A DNA stretch of 64,000 bases from assembly GCA_965216755.1 (NCBI GenBank), contig CBDCGL010000011.1, forward strand, positions 256,001 through 320,000. Direction: 5' to 3'. The notes under the pieces were generated by a model. It had not been told where the DNA came from and ran no database searches. It saw only the letters and a program-made list of their open reading frames with translations. Below, piece after piece: positions 1 to 11,627 of this stretch (within the stretch, counting starts at the first letter, position 1; every line of letters begins with the position of its first letter). This stretch comes from Alphaproteobacteria bacterium. Lineage in GTDB: Bacteria > Pseudomonadota > Alphaproteobacteria > UBA7887. Made by a program: the position numbers and the translations under genes.

Positions 1-1
1 C

Positions 2-145
2 GGCAATCGCAACGAAGTGTTCGCTGGCGGCTATTTCTACTATCCGGACAACCCGACCCGGACTTGGACCGCCGACAAACTCGGCAAGGGCATTTTCTAT
101 TATGAGCGTGAGCTCAACGACCGATTTCTGGGCGTCGTAACATAG
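2..145 (+). CDS. xylE: catechol 2,3-dioxygenase, 3' end (partial)
   Basis: Frame 2 reads [47 protein letters not shown], the typical XylE/DmpB C-terminus; lies upstream of dmpC. Confidence 0.9.
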   Translation, partial: GNRNEVFAGGYFYYPDNPTRTWTADKLGKGIFYYERELNDRFLGVVT

Positions 146-163
146 CTTGCTCAACGGTTTTTC

Positions 164-202
164 GGGGGCGGTGAACCTGCAAAGCAGGGCAACCGCCCCT
201 TT
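164..202 (+). terminator. intercistronic hairpin
   Basis: GGGGCGGT..CCTGC-AAA-GCAGG..ACCGCCCC followed by TTT. Confidence 0.5.
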
Positions 203-257
203 ATAGACGCAATGTTCGGTGGCCGACTCGCCTAGCGATCGCCGAAGAGGATGATGT

Positions 258-1757
258 GTGATGTCTGAATTAGCGACGGCTGATTTGGCCGAGGAATCGC
301 TTGGCCGTGTCTCAAATTTCATAAACGGCGCGTATTCATCAGCGCCGGGTCGTTCGTTCAAAAATGTGAGTCCGGTAGACGGACGCACGGTTTCCTTGGT
401 CGAAGAAGCGTCGGCGGCCGACGTTGATCGTGCGGTCGAAGCGGCGCGCGCGGCATTGTCGGGGGACTGGGCACATCTGTCGGTTGCGAATAGATCGCAG
501 CTTCTGCATCGTGTCGCAGAAGAAATCGAACGACGCTTTGACGCGTTTCTGGAAGCCGAGATTGCGGATACAGGAAAACCGCGCAGCTTGGCCGCGACGA
601 TCGACATTCCGCGCGGTGCCGCCAACTTCAAAGTGTTTGCCGACATGGTCAAGAACGTGCCGTCGGAAACGTTCGAGATGGCAACCCCAGATGGCCGTGG
701 CGCGTTGAACTACGCCGTCCGGGTTCCCAAAGGTGTCATCGGCGTCATATGCCCATGGAACCTGCCGCTACTGCTCATGACGTGGAAGGTGGGGCCGGCG
801 CTGGCTTGCGGCAATACCGTTGTTGTTAAGCCGTCAGAGGAGACGCCGTCCACGGCAACATTGCTCGGTGAAGTCATGAACAGCGTCGGCGTTCCGCGCG
901 GCGTCTACAATGTCATCCATGGATTTGGGCCGAATTCGGCCGGTGAGTTCCTGACCCGACATCCTGGCGTTGACGCAATAACGTTCACAGGTGAGACGCG
1001 GACCGGCGAGGCAATTATGGCCGCGGCGGCAAAAGGGGTCCGCGACGTGTCGTTTGAGCTGGGTGGCAAGAACGCGGCGATCGCTTTTGCGGACTGCGAT
1101 CTCGACGCGGCGTTGGAGGGGACGGCCCGATCGGCGTTCGCCAATTGCGGGCAGGTTTGCCTCGGCACGGAGCGCGTCTATGTTGAACGACCGCTCTTTG
1201 AGAAGTTTGTCGCCGGCTTAGCCGATCGGGCACGCGCGTTGAAGCCCGGTGCGCCATTCGACTCGGATACGAACCTTGGTCCCCTCATCAGCCGAGAGCA
1301 TAGAGACAAAGTTCTGTGCTATTACGAAAGAGCGGTACGCGATGGCGCGACCGTCGTAACCGGTGGCGGCACCCCGCAAATGCCTCCCAATTTGGTGCAT
1401 GGGGCCTGGGTCGAACCGACCATTTGGACCGGCCTGCCAGACGATTCACCGGTCATTCGAGAAGAGATATTTGGGCCTTGCTGCCATATCCGGCCATTCG
1501 ATACCGAACAAGAAGCGATCGATTTGGCGAACGATACGCCGTATGGTTTGGCATCGGCAATTTGGACTGGCAATCTTGGCCGTGGGCACCGTGTGGCGCG
1601 TCAGGTCCATGTTGGGATCACGTGGGTGAACAGTTGGTTCTTGCGTGACTTGCGTACGCCGTTTGGTGGCGCCAAGCAGTCGGGCATCGGCCGAGAGGGC
1701 GGCGTTCACTCTTTGGAGTTCTATACCGAATTGCGCAATGTCTGCGTGAAGCTTTGA
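258..1757 (+). CDS. dmpC: 2-hydroxymuconic semialdehyde dehydrogenase
   Basis: ALDH motifs (PWNLP, FTGETRTG, ELGGKN, GQVCLG, EEIFGP) and WVNSWFLRDLRTPFGG; operon context. Confidence 0.93.
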   Translation: MMSELATADLAEESLGRVSNFINGAYSSAPGRSFKNVSPVDGRTVSLVEEASAADVDRAVEAARAALSGDWAHLSVANRSQLLHRVAEEIERRFDAFLEAEIADTGKPRSLAATIDIPRGAANFKVFADMVKNVPSETFEMATPDGRGALNYAVRVPKGVIGVICPWNLPLLLMTWKVGPALACGNTVVVKPSEETPSTATLLGEVMNSVGVPRGVYNVIHGFGPNSAGEFLTRHPGVDAITFTGETRTGEAIMAAAAKGVRDVSFELGGKNAAIAFADCDLDAALEGTARSAFANCGQVCLGTERVYVERPLFEKFVAGLADRARALKPGAPFDSDTNLGPLISREHRDKVLCYYERAVRDGATVVTGGGTPQMPPNLVHGAWVEPTIWTGLPDDSPVIREEIFGPCCHIRPFDTEQEAIDLANDTPYGLASAIWTGNLGRGHRVARQVHVGITWVNSWFLRDLRTPFGGAKQSGIGREGGVHSLEFYTELRNVCVKL

Positions 1758-1767
1758 GGCAAACCGA

Positions 1768-2562
1768 ATGGCAATTGATTCGTCAAAAGTTGAAATAGCT
1801 GCGCGCCAGCTGCGCGTCGCCGCGGAACAGGGCGAGCCCTGCGATCCGGTTCGGGCGTTGATCGGCGATGACAATCTTGGCGCCGCGTACGCCGTTCAAG
1901 ATTTGAACACGGCCGCCGCGATCGAGAACGGGCGGCGCCTGGTCGGGCGCAAGATCGGGCTGACGGCCAAGGTCGTGCAGGCACAGTTCAACGTCGACAG
2001 CCCCGACTACGGCATGTTGTTTGCCGATATGGATGTGCCGGAGGGCGAGGAAATTCCGTGGCGAGGATTGATGCAACCCAAGGCGGAAGCAGAGATCGCT
2101 TTTGTCCTCGGTGCCGACCTCGACCAGGAACAGCTCACAAGCGCGGATGCCATGAACGCAATTGCGTATGCGGTCGCCGCGATCGAAATCGTCGACAGTC
2201 GGATCAAGGATTGGCAGATCGGGATCACCGATACCGTTGCCGACAACGCGTCCGCCGGCCTCTTCGTACTGGGCAATCAGCCCCGGAAGCTGGGCGAGTT
2301 CGATCCCAGATTGTGCGGCATGGTTATGGAATGTCGCGGCGAACCGATTTCGGTCGGTGCAGGTGTTGCCTGTTTGGGGAGCCCGATTAGTTCCGCACTT
2401 TGGCTTGCCAAGATGATGGCCAAGGTGGGGCGCCCGCTAGCCGCGGGTGATATCATCTTGTCGGGCGCACTCGGACCGATGGCGCCGATCTCGCCTGGCG
2501 ATGTCATTGAGACGCGCATCTCCGGTCTTGGCTCGGTACGTGCCGCATTTTCCTGGGATTAA
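1768..2562 (+). CDS. dmpE: 2-keto-4-pentenoate hydratase
   Basis: FAH-family motifs GRKIGLT, PDYGMLF, EIVDSRI, ADNASAG. Confidence 0.88.
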   Translation: MAIDSSKVEIAARQLRVAAEQGEPCDPVRALIGDDNLGAAYAVQDLNTAAAIENGRRLVGRKIGLTAKVVQAQFNVDSPDYGMLFADMDVPEGEEIPWRGLMQPKAEAEIAFVLGADLDQEQLTSADAMNAIAYAVAAIEIVDSRIKDWQIGITDTVADNASAGLFVLGNQPRKLGEFDPRLCGMVMECRGEPISVGAGVACLGSPISSALWLAKMMAKVGRPLAAGDIILSGALGPMAPISPGDVIETRISGLGSVRAAFSWD

Positions 2563-2566
2563 GGCT

Positions 2567-3505
2567 ATGAAGACAAAAGTTGCTATCATCGGCTCCGGAA
2601 ATATCGGCACCGATCTGATGATCAAGATATTGCGCACGTCAAATACGCTAGACGTGGCCGCCATGGTCGGGATTGATCCGCAGTCCGATGGGTTGGCGCG
2701 CGCCGCCCGCATGGGTGTCGCCACCACTGACAAAGGCGTCGACGGCCTTCTCGCCATGCCGGTGTTTCACGACGTGCGCATCGTGTTCGACGCGACATCG
2801 GCGCGCGCCCACGCGCGACACAGTGAAGTTTGCCTTAACCATGGCAAGCAGATGATCGATTTGACGCCGGCGGCGATCGGCCCCTATGTCGTACCCGTGG
2901 TCAATATGACCGCACATTTCGACAAACCCAATCTCAATATGGTTACATGCGGTGGCCAAGCAACTATTCCTATGGTTGCGGCGGTGCGTCGGGTTGCCAC
3001 ACGCGTCCCCTATGCTGAGATCGTGGCGTCGATTTCATCACGCTCTGCCGGCCCAGGTACGCGGGCCAACATTGACGAATTCACGCAAACCACGGCCCGC
3101 GGCATCGAGACCGTGGGTGGCGCTGAACGCGGCAAGGCAATCATTGTTCTCAATCCGGCCGAGCCGCCGATGATTATGCGCGACAGCGTATTCGTTTTGA
3201 GTGAGGGCGCCGAACCGGAACAGATCGACGAGTCAATTGCCGCGATGGTCGAAGACGTCCAGGCCTATGTGCCAGGATACCGACTCAAACAGGATGTTCA
3301 GTTCGAGCGTATTGGCAACAACCAGCCGATCCGTATTCCAGACTTCGGCGAGTTTTCTGGCTTGAAAGCGTCAGTTTTTCTTGAGGTTGAAGGCGCGGGT
3401 CATTATCTGCCTAACTATGCTGGAAATCTCGATATCATGACGTCGGCGGCCCTGAAGACCGCTGAGAATTTCGTCGCCATGCATTTGGCTGGAGAAGCCG
3501 CATGA
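2567..3505 (+). CDS. dmpF: acetaldehyde dehydrogenase (acylating)
   Basis: [33 protein letters not shown]; start moved to ATG 2567. Confidence 0.95.
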   Translation: MKTKVAIIGSGNIGTDLMIKILRTSNTLDVAAMVGIDPQSDGLARAARMGVATTDKGVDGLLAMPVFHDVRIVFDATSARAHARHSEVCLNHGKQMIDLTPAAIGPYVVPVVNMTAHFDKPNLNMVTCGGQATIPMVAAVRRVATRVPYAEIVASISSRSAGPGTRANIDEFTQTTARGIETVGGAERGKAIIVLNPAEPPMIMRDSVFVLSEGAEPEQIDESIAAMVEDVQAYVPGYRLKQDVQFERIGNNQPIRIPDFGEFSGLKASVFLEVEGAGHYLPNYAGNLDIMTSAALKTAENFVAMHLAGEAA

Positions 3506-4542
3506 CAAATTCCAATCGGCCCGGGCGAAAGCTCTATATCCAAGATGTCACCTTGCGCGATGGTATGCACGCGATCCGCCACCAATACGGCATTGATCAC
3601 GTCCGGGCGATCGCGCGTGCGCTAGACGATGCAAGAGTCGACAGCACGGAAGTTGCGCATGGCGATGGACTTTCCGGATCAAGTTTCAACTATGGGTTTG
3701 GCGCCCATACGGATTGGGAATGGATCGAGGCGGTTGCCGATGAATTGAGTTACACGAAGCTCGCGACATTGTTAATTCCGGGCATTGGGACCGTCGAGGA
3801 CTTGGACCGCGCTTATGGTCACGGCGTTCGCTCGGTTCGTGTGGCGACACATTGCACCGAAGCGGATATTTCGAAGCAGCATATCGAACACGCGCGTGAT
3901 CTCGGCATGGATGTCGCCGGGTTCTTGATGATGGCGCACATGATCCCCGGCAAAGAGCTCGCCAAGCAAGCCAAGCTCATGGAAACTTATGGCGCGCATT
4001 GCGTCTATGTCACCGATAGTGGCGGCGCTCTTTTGCTGGACGATGTTGCGGAACGTTTTGACGCCTACAACGATGTTCTCAAGCCCGAGACCGAACGGGG
4101 GATCCACGCCCACCACAATCTCAGTTTTGGTGTCGCAAACTCCGTGATCGCTGTTGAACATGGCGCCATTCGGGTTGACGCATCTTTGGCGGGAATGGGC
4201 GCTGGTGCGGGCAACGCGCCGTTAGAGGTCTTCATTGCAGTTGCTGAGCGCATGGGCTGGGATCACGGCTGCGATCTCTACAAGATCATGGATGCCGCCG
4301 ACGAACTGGTGCGACCGTTACAGGACCGCCCGGTCCGTGTAGATCGCGAGACCTTGGCGTTGGGCTATGCCGGCGTCTACTCCAGTTTCTTGCGCCACGC
4401 GGAACGGGCGTCTGAGATGTACGGCATCGATACGCGCGAAATTTTGGTGGAACTCGGCCGCCGGCGCATGGTCGGTGGGCAGGAGGATATGATCGTTGAC
4501 GTGGCGCTTGATCTCGTGAAGCAAAAAGAAGCCGTGGCATGA
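3502..4542 (+). CDS. dmpG: 4-hydroxy-2-oxovalerate aldolase
   Basis: [25 protein letters not shown]; ATGA overlap with dmpF. Confidence 0.95.
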   Translation: MTNSNRPGRKLYIQDVTLRDGMHAIRHQYGIDHVRAIARALDDARVDSTEVAHGDGLSGSSFNYGFGAHTDWEWIEAVADELSYTKLATLLIPGIGTVEDLDRAYGHGVRSVRVATHCTEADISKQHIEHARDLGMDVAGFLMMAHMIPGKELAKQAKLMETYGAHCVYVTDSGGALLLDDVAERFDAYNDVLKPETERGIHAHHNLSFGVANSVIAVEHGAIRVDASLAGMGAGAGNAPLEVFIAVAERMGWDHGCDLYKIMDAADELVRPLQDRPVRVDRETLALGYAGVYSSFLRHAERASEMYGIDTREILVELGRRRMVGGQEDMIVDVALDLVKQKEAVA

Positions 4543-5309
4543 CCGATCTGGCAAGACTAGCCGAACAAGTCGATGAGGCCGCCCGTGCGGCAACGGCGAT
4601 TCCGCAACTCACCCACAACACACCGCTTACGGGCGACGACGGCTACGCGATCCAGGCCTTGTCGATGGCGCGACGCTATGCCCGTGGCGAACGACGGATC
4701 GGTGTTAAGATGGGGTTGACCAGCCGCGCGAAGATGGTGCAAGTCGGCGTTGACGAAGCGGTGTGGGGGCGGCTGACCGATGCCATGCGCATTGACGATG
4801 GCGGACGTGTTTCGATGACAAGTTACGTCCACCCGCGCGTTGAACCAGAAGTCGCTTTTCTCATGAAACGGCCACTTGCCGGGAATGTGAGTGCGGCGGA
4901 AGCGATGGATGCGGTCGAGGCCATTGCGCCGGCAATGGAAATAATTGATTCCCGATACGAGAATTTCAAATTCACACTGGCGGATGTGGTTGCCGACAAT
5001 TCGTCGTCGTCGGGGTTTGTGGTCGGCAATTGGCGATCGCCCGATCTCGACATATCCAACCTGGGCATGGTCTTGGAATTCGATGGCCGACCGGTACAAA
5101 TTGGATCATCGGCGGCAATTTTGGGTCATCCTGTGCGATCTCTGGTGGCTGCCGCGCGGGCCGTGGCACGCTGGGGCGAGCAACTTGAAAAGGGATGGAT
5201 TGTTCTGGCGGGTGCCGCCACCGCGGCCCAGCCACTCGTGGCGGGCGTGTCGGTGCGCGCGGATGTGGAGAGCCTGGGTCGCGTCGCGTTTGATGTTTTG
5301 CCACAATGA
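4539..5309 (+). CDS. dmpH: 4-oxalocrotonate decarboxylase
   Basis: [38 protein letters not shown]. Confidence 0.88.
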   Translation: MTDLARLAEQVDEAARAATAIPQLTHNTPLTGDDGYAIQALSMARRYARGERRIGVKMGLTSRAKMVQVGVDEAVWGRLTDAMRIDDGGRVSMTSYVHPRVEPEVAFLMKRPLAGNVSAAEAMDAVEAIAPAMEIIDSRYENFKFTLADVVADNSSSSGFVVGNWRSPDLDISNLGMVLEFDGRPVQIGSSAAILGHPVRSLVAAARAVARWGEQLEKGWIVLAGAATAAQPLVAGVSVRADVESLGRVAFDVLPQ

Positions 5310-6204
5310 CCCATGACGATCGAATCAAACGCGAATGAGCTGATATCCGGGTCAGCCGGTGCCTGTTTCTCGAGATGATTGCAGGAACGCAACCGCTTCC
5401 TCGACCAGGTCTTCTGACTGTTCTTTGACCTGAGCCATCGTGCCGCGCAGTGCCTCCGCCGACTCGCTGCTGGTTCTGGCGCCGGAGCTGACTTCCTGCA
5501 TGTTATCCGCAACTTCTTGAGACCCGCTCGCCGCGTTCTGAATGTTCGAGCTGATTTCGGCCGTTGTCGCTTCTTGCTCGGTAATCGCTGAGGCAATTGC
5601 GCCCGAAATCTCCTTGATCTGATGGACCGTCGTTTCCAACTTCTCGATCGTCGAGACTGTGTTGCCGGTTGCGTCTTGCATTGCTCGTACCTGGTGGGCG
5701 ATATCTTCCGTGGCTTTTGCGGTCTGGCCAGCGAGTGACTTAACCTCTGACGCGACGACGGAGAACCCTTTGCCGGCTTCGCCGGCGCGCGCGGCCTCTA
5801 TCGTGGCGTTCAGCGCCAACAAATTCGTTTGACCCGCGATTGTATTAATCAGGTCCAAGACCTCATTAATGCTGCCGGCGGCCTGCGATAACGTCAGGAC
5901 GACCTCTTTGGTATCGGTCATGCGATCTGCAGCATCGGACGTGATATCATTCGCATGCGTGATCTGACGATTGATCTCGGTAATTGACGCCAACATCTCT
6001 TCCGATGCTGCGGCAAGGGCTTGCATGCTTGCCGTTGTTTCCTCGACTGCCGCGGCGACTGTTGTACTGCGTTGGCTGGCGTCGTCGGCGTTGTCCGATA
6101 CGATTCCGATGGAACCGTTCATATCGAAGATTGCCGCGGCGATTTCTCGGATATTGTCGACAAGCCTTTCCGTTAGGGCCGTAAAGTCGTCCACCTTTTG
6201 ACCC

Positions 6205-7881
6205 TGGCTGTGTGAAAACGCGATGGGTGATACGATTCATCGGTTGGCTGCGCGGGGGATCGTATGAAGCGCTTTATCGAGGGTATCGATCGCGATCAAA
6301 CGACGCTTTTTCCTGAGCGGTTGGAAGATTGGGTGGGCGAGGACAATCCGGTTCGCGTAATCGATTTCTTTGTCAGCGAACTGGATCTTGGCGATCTGGG
6401 GTTCGATGGTGTCGAACCGAAGGTGACGGGTCGACCAGCGTATCACCCGTCGATGTTGCTGAAGCTCTATGTGTACGGCTATCTAAATTGGGTCCAGTCG
6501 AGTCGTCGGTTGGAGCGCGAGGCGGGCCGCAATGTCGAGGTGATGTGGTTAACCGGTCGTTTGGTACCGGATCACAAGACGATTGCCGACTTCCGCAAGG
6601 ACAATGGTTCGGCGATCCGCACGGTCTGCTCCGAGTTTGTCGAGTTGTGCCGCCGGATCGGATTGTTGGCGACGGCGAGCGTGGCCATTGATGGTTCCAA
6701 GTTCAAGGCGGTCAACAACCGGGACCGGAACTTCACCAAGGCAAAGATGGCGCGGCGAATGAAGCAGATCGAGGAAAGCGTCGCTCGTTATCTCGATCAA
6801 CTGGATAGCGCCGACCGCCAGGAACCGACAGATGAGATTGAGTCTCGGATCACGCGTCTTCACGAGAAGATCGACAAACTGCGCGAGGAGATGGATCGCC
6901 TTAACGCCTTGGATGTCCAGATGATGGACTCGCCCGACGAACAAATCTCGCTGACGGATCCCGATGCCCGTTCCATGGCAACCAGTGGCAGGGGCTCTGG
7001 TGTTGTCGGTTACAACGTTCAGGCCGCAGTGGAGACCGATCATCACTTGATCATCGCGCATGACGTGATCCAGAGCGGTAGTGACCGGGCCTCGTTAGCG
7101 CCGATGGCGGAACAGGCCAAGGCGGCGCTCGGGGTCGATGACCTCGATGTCGTTGCCGACAGAGGCTATTTCAGTTCCGAGCAGATCAAGGAGTGTGCCG
7201 ATGCCGGTATCACGCCAACGCTGCCGAAGCCGATGACAACGGGCATCAAGGCCAGTGGGCGGTTCGGTAAGCAAGACTTTCGCTATAGGGTCGACCAGGA
7301 CGTGTACATATGTCCCGCTGGCCAGACGCTGTCATTCGTTTCCCACAAGCGACAAAGGGGCGGTCCCGATCTAAGGCGATACGCGACCAAGGACTGCGGA
7401 GCCTGCCCGATGAAGGCACGGTGTACTACCAGCACCGGGCGGGTGATCACGCGCTGGGAGCATGAATATCTATTAGAGGACGTGCAGCGCCGCCTCGACG
7501 AGAACCCACAGGCCATGCGCATCCGCCGCGAGACCGTCGAGCACCCGTTCGGGACCATTAAAATGCGGATGGGCGCCACCCATTTCCTGATGAAGCGGCT
7601 GAAAAACGTCAAAACGGAAATCGCTCTGGCCGTCCTCGCCTACAATCTCACCCGCGTCATTAACATCATGGGCGTGGGACCACTGATGACCGCAATGAGG
7701 GCATAGGCAAAGCCCATTTGCGAGCCCTGTTCGGGGGCCCGGCTAACCAACCACTCCCAAACCCGTCAGTAGAGCTCGAGCGACCGCACAGACGGCAATC
7801 GGCGGATTGCTCGGATCCTGCTCTTGCCAATCCCCGCATGCCGTACGGCAAATATCATCGCGCGCGTTTTTACACGCCCAA
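6205..7881 (+). mobile_element. IS1182-family insertion sequence
   Basis: Imperfect terminal IRs TGGCTGTGTGAAAACGCG / TGGGCGTGTAAAAACGCG; flanking GACCC direct repeats at 6200-6204 and 7882-7886. Confidence 0.88.
6264..7706 (+). CDS. IS1182-family transposase
   Basis: GRPAYHP, PDHKTIADFR, AIDGSK, TDPDAR, VADRGY, TVEHPFGTIK. Confidence 0.93.
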   Translation: MKRFIEGIDRDQTTLFPERLEDWVGEDNPVRVIDFFVSELDLGDLGFDGVEPKVTGRPAYHPSMLLKLYVYGYLNWVQSSRRLEREAGRNVEVMWLTGRLVPDHKTIADFRKDNGSAIRTVCSEFVELCRRIGLLATASVAIDGSKFKAVNNRDRNFTKAKMARRMKQIEESVARYLDQLDSADRQEPTDEIESRITRLHEKIDKLREEMDRLNALDVQMMDSPDEQISLTDPDARSMATSGRGSGVVGYNVQAAVETDHHLIIAHDVIQSGSDRASLAPMAEQAKAALGVDDLDVVADRGYFSSEQIKECADAGITPTLPKPMTTGIKASGRFGKQDFRYRVDQDVYICPAGQTLSFVSHKRQRGGPDLRRYATKDCGACPMKARCTTSTGRVITRWEHEYLLEDVQRRLDENPQAMRIRRETVEHPFGTIKMRMGATHFLMKRLKNVKTEIALAVLAYNLTRVINIMGVGPLMTAMRA

Positions 7882-8438
7882 GACCCATATTGGCCGTAGC
7901 ATTGTTGATGTGTTCGGACGTGCGGAGGTACTCGCCTTGCAGGCCGGAATGAACGACTTTGCGGTAGTATATATTCTGGCTGACTGCATCCAAGCTTGCA
8001 CCGGCTTCTCGGACAAACGCATCCGACACATCGGCGAAGTCGTTGATGGCGTGTTTCAGCGTTGCCAGCGGGTCGGTTTCATCAATCCCGATCAACCTAG
8101 CTTCGAAGTTGCCTTTGCGGAGTTCGCGCAGGACATCGGTCATCGCCGCGACTTCTCGCTCTTGGCTGGCCAGCCGGTTTTCGACTTGGCTCAACGCCGC
8201 GTTAAGTGTGTCGGCCAGTTCGGCCGCCGCGCCTTCCAATGATGACGTGTCGACACGTGCCGCAAGATCGCCGGCGGCAAGTTGCCGGCAGCAATCCACA
8301 AGTGCCTCAAGTGACGGCAATAGTGCAGTATCAGAGCGTGAGAACAAATGCATCGTAAGTCGTTCCCTGGTCGGCAAGCATCGATTGTAAGAGTTTGGTC
8401 GATTTCTCGAGTCCGACCTTTCGGTCCGTATGTTTGTT

Positions 8439-9740
8439 GGTCCAGCCCGGAGACATAGGTAACAGTTTGTACCTAAGACATGGGTGACAACCACGCGCCG
8501 AACGGGTTGTCGAGGGGTTGCAGGGTTCTCTGTTCAAGATCGACGTAACCGAGATCATAGTGCATGAAGCTGACGAGCCAAATGGCGTCGTCAACTTCCT
8601 TGATGCCGAGCCTTTGCCCCGCGAGCACGGTTGAGACATTGATTTTTTTGCGGTGCAAGCAGATGCGGCCGCAATTGGTAACCAGGATGTCGCGATCGTG
8701 AAAGGGGTAGGCGAGCTCTGGGACGCCGGTATAGGGCCGGGTTGAGGGTTTGTAGACCTCGTCTGGTGGTTTCATGTCCAGGGCCTGGTGGGGTCGTTCC
8801 GTGTTGAATTCGTCAACGAAGGCATCGAAGCGTGCTTGCTGCTGCAGGCTGTTCATGCCGGGCGGCCGTGTGGCTTCCTTTTTCAAAGTAAGGTGGAGGC
8901 GCTCGTGTCGGCCATTTTCTTGGGGATGGCCTGGTTTGATGCGCTCGATCTGAATGCCGAGGCGTAGCCACCAGACGGAGAGCTTGGAGAGATTGAACAA
9001 ACCGTTGGGGCTGGCGAAGGGTACGCCATTGTCCGATCTGATGGCGGCGGGCAGGCCACGTTCAGCAAACAGGCGTTCGAAGGCGGTGAGAGTGAGATCT
9101 TGCTTTGTCGACTCGAGAGCTTCGCACATCAGGACGAAGCGCGAGGCATGGTCGGTAACGGTCAAGGGGTAACAATACCGCCGGTTGCCGAGTCTGAACT
9201 CGCCTTTGAAGTCGGTGCACCACAAATCATTGGGTGCGGTGCCAGCGGACACGGGTGTGCCTTTGGCTCTTCGGCGGGGCCGGCCTTTGCGTTTGACCAG
9301 GCCGTGCCGGTCGAGGACGGCATGAACGGTACTTTGGGCTGGGATGCGGACATCCCCGGCCAGGCGGCGGACGAGCAGCTCACGGATCTTGCGTGCGCCC
9401 CAATGGGGTTTCTCCTTTTTGAAGCGGATGATCAGGCTTTCGACCTGTGCCGGCAATTGGTTGGCATAGCGAACCGGCCGGCGGGAGCGGTCGCAGAGGG
9501 CTTCGAGCCCGTGCTCCTTGTAGCGATTGTAGATTTTGTAGCCTGTCTTGCGCGAGATACCGAACTGACGGCAGACATCGCTCATTGGCTCGCCCTCTAA
9601 CAGGCGGGCGACAAAACGTAGACGTTCTTCCATGACCGAACTCTCTTTCCACGGCATCAACACCTCCGGCCCCACGAATTCGGCCAAAAGTGTTACCCAT
9701 GTGTCCGGTACAAAACGTCACCTATCTCTCAGGTCGGTCA
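8439..9740 (-). mobile_element. IS481-family insertion sequence
   Basis: About 50-bp imperfect IRs (GAGACATAGGTAACAGTTTGTACC..CATGGGTGACA vs GAGAGATAGGTGACGTTTTGTACC..CATGGGTAACA); GTT duplicated at 8436-8438 and 9741-9743; ends ambiguous by 1 nt. Confidence 0.85.
8473..9657 (-). CDS. IS481-family transposase
   Basis: MPWKE start, N-terminal HTH, rve core WCTDFKG / RSDNGVPF / ENGRHERLH. Confidence 0.9.
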   Translation of the reverse strand: MPWKESSVMEERLRFVARLLEGEPMSDVCRQFGISRKTGYKIYNRYKEHGLEALCDRSRRPVRYANQLPAQVESLIIRFKKEKPHWGARKIRELLVRRLAGDVRIPAQSTVHAVLDRHGLVKRKGRPRRRAKGTPVSAGTAPNDLWCTDFKGEFRLGNRRYCYPLTVTDHASRFVLMCEALESTKQDLTLTAFERLFAERGLPAAIRSDNGVPFASPNGLFNLSKLSVWWLRLGIQIERIKPGHPQENGRHERLHLTLKKEATRPPGMNSLQQQARFDAFVDEFNTERPHQALDMKPPDEVYKPSTRPYTGVPELAYPFHDRDILVTNCGRICLHRKKINVSTVLAGQRLGIKEVDDAIWLVSFMHYDLGYVDLEQRTLQPLDNPFGAWLSPMS

Positions 9741-10277
9741 GTTCTCTTCGCCCAGAAGTTTCCTGTAGATGGGTTTTATCGTTTCGACCTTCTCAGGATC
9801 GGGTTTGCGCCGGTTTGAGTGGTAACCGATAATGTTTTCCTGGCTATCGAAGCTGGGCGTGACATGCGCAAAGACCCAGTAGAAATCACCGTTCCTGGCA
9901 GCGTTGATCACATACGCAAATATCTCTTTCTTCGCGGCGATTTGGTCCCACAACAGCTTAAGGACGCAGCGCGGCATGTCTGGATGGCGGACAACGCTGT
10001 GTGGGGCCCCAATTATTTCTTTTTCGTCGTAATCGGCGACGCGCAGAAAAACACCGTTGGCGTAGGTGATCTTACCGTTCATGTCGGTTTTGCTGACGAT
10101 GAATTCGTCGGGCGCAAAGGTGCGTTCGTGGCCTGTCAGGACGGCACGGTCGAGCTTTCTGGCCATGTCTAGGTCTCCTGGTCATTCTCTTTGGAAGGAG
10201 GATTCGGCGACCGCCAAACACAACGAACTCAAGTTGAGATGTTTCCTAACGCCGACATAACCATAGTTGGGTGGAGG

Positions 10278-10292
10278 TTAACATTGGATTTA
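10278..10292. promoter_or_regulatory. near-consensus CtrA box upstream of the chemoreceptor pair
   Basis: TTAA-cattgga-TTTA, one mismatch to TTAA-N7-TTAA. Confidence 0.35.
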
Positions 10293-10633
10293 TTCCTAAC
10301 GCATATAGACTATGCATAAATAATAGACGATGCTGCCTTTTGGCCAAGGCATGTAATGCTCTAAAGTAAACTTTCAGTATTAATTTCGTAATTACAATAT
10401 AGACTTTCTAAGCGGAAGAATAGTATCTAATCATCGTATTGTCTTGTGGTCTCATACTGTTTTTCGTATCCGCCTTAGGTTTTTGGGTGTCCGGGTTGTT
10501 GGTTCGGTCCCTGCGATCGTTCAAGACATTTTCTTGAGCCGCGCACGCCGAGAACTTATAGTCAAGACCTTACTCTGGGCGGGGGAATTATCAGAGTTCA
10601 GGGGCTTTTGCCCGGGACCGACGAGGAGGCGGC

Positions 10634-11440
10634 ATGAGCGACACCGGCGCGCGTGGGCCAACGGCGAGATCGGCATGGCCGGAAATTCGGACAGTATCGA
10701 TGGGCGACGTTGTCGCCATCCTGGCGGCGGGCTTACGGGATTTTCGCGCCGCGCCGCGCCATGGGATTTTGATTGCCGGCATTTATGCGGTGGGTGGATG
10801 GATCCTGGTGCTACTGCTGCTCTATTTGGACCTGCCGTTTATGGTCTATCCGTTGGCGGCCGGATTCGCACTGATCGCCCCATTCATCGCGACGGGATTC
10901 TATGCCATCAGCCGCGCGTTGGAGCGGGGCGATCCGGTCACAATGTCGGCTCTACTTGACGCGTTGCGTGCCGCGGTTCGTAGTGATCTTGGTTGGATGG
11001 CTTTGATCACGGGGTTTTCGTTGTTCATTTGGATGGATATTGCTGCGCTGTTGTTTTTTGGGTTTCTCGGTCTTGATGCACTGAATACCGACGCGTTGTT
11101 GGGGCGCATTTTCATGACGCCGTCTGGGCTCCTCTTTTTGGTGATAGGCAATGCGGCCGGCGCCGTGATTGCTCTGGGGGTGTTCTCAATTTCGGTGACT
11201 TCATTTCCCATGCTCTTCGACCGCGAGGTTGACTTCGTTACGGCGATGATCACGAGTGTGAAGGTCGTTACCGGCAGTCCGCTGCCCATGATCGCTTGGT
11301 GTGCGACCATTGCCGTTCTTGTCGGTTTGTCTCTGCTATCGGGATTTGTGGGATTGTTTATCGTCTTACCGGTACTCGGACATGCGTCATGGCATCTATA
11401 TCGGCGCGCGGTCGGGCCGGCCGCCACGGTGACTGAATAG
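10634..11440 (+). CDS. DUF2189-like integral membrane protein
   Basis: GLRDFRAAP, GFALIAPF.ATGFYAISR, LPVLGHASWHLYRR; RBS GAGGAGG. Confidence 0.8.
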   Translation: MSDTGARGPTARSAWPEIRTVSMGDVVAILAAGLRDFRAAPRHGILIAGIYAVGGWILVLLLLYLDLPFMVYPLAAGFALIAPFIATGFYAISRALERGDPVTMSALLDALRAAVRSDLGWMALITGFSLFIWMDIAALLFFGFLGLDALNTDALLGRIFMTPSGLLFLVIGNAAGAVIALGVFSISVTSFPMLFDREVDFVTAMITSVKVVTGSPLPMIAWCATIAVLVGLSLLSGFVGLFIVLPVLGHASWHLYRRAVGPAATVTE

Positions 11441-11627
11441 TACCGAGGCGATTGCCCACCTGTCGCGGGCTTACCTGGGCACCTCTTGTTCGACTATTAC
11501 CGTAACTTTTTGAAATTCCAGGGTGATCAAGGGCTTGTGCGGTGTTTGCGATCACAGCAGGCCGATATCGCGAGGCATAGACTTACGGTCGAACTCGAAT
11601 GACGATGGCGAACAAAGGACGTGCGCC

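Larger units (their letters stand above)
5352..8353 (-). pseudogene. methyl-accepting chemotaxis protein split by IS1182 (5' part 8353-7882, 3' part 6204-5352)
   Basis: MCP signature [34 protein letters not shown] in the 3' part; removing the IS restores ...NNATANMG|QKVDDFTAL in frame. Confidence 0.88.
8331..10166 (-). pseudogene. PAS-domain (Aer-like) sensor protein split by an IS481-like element (5' part 10166-9741, 3' part 8438-8331)
   Basis: IVSKTD..GKITYAN, VRHPDMP, FYWVFAHVTP; frame continues after the IS as ...LLGEEN|KHTDRKVGLEKSTKLLQSMLADQGTTYDAFVLTL*. Confidence 0.85.

Noticed and set aside
7718-8242. 174-aa plus-strand ORF after the IS1182 transposase
   Set aside because: Antisense to the MCP 5' fragment and spans the IS end.
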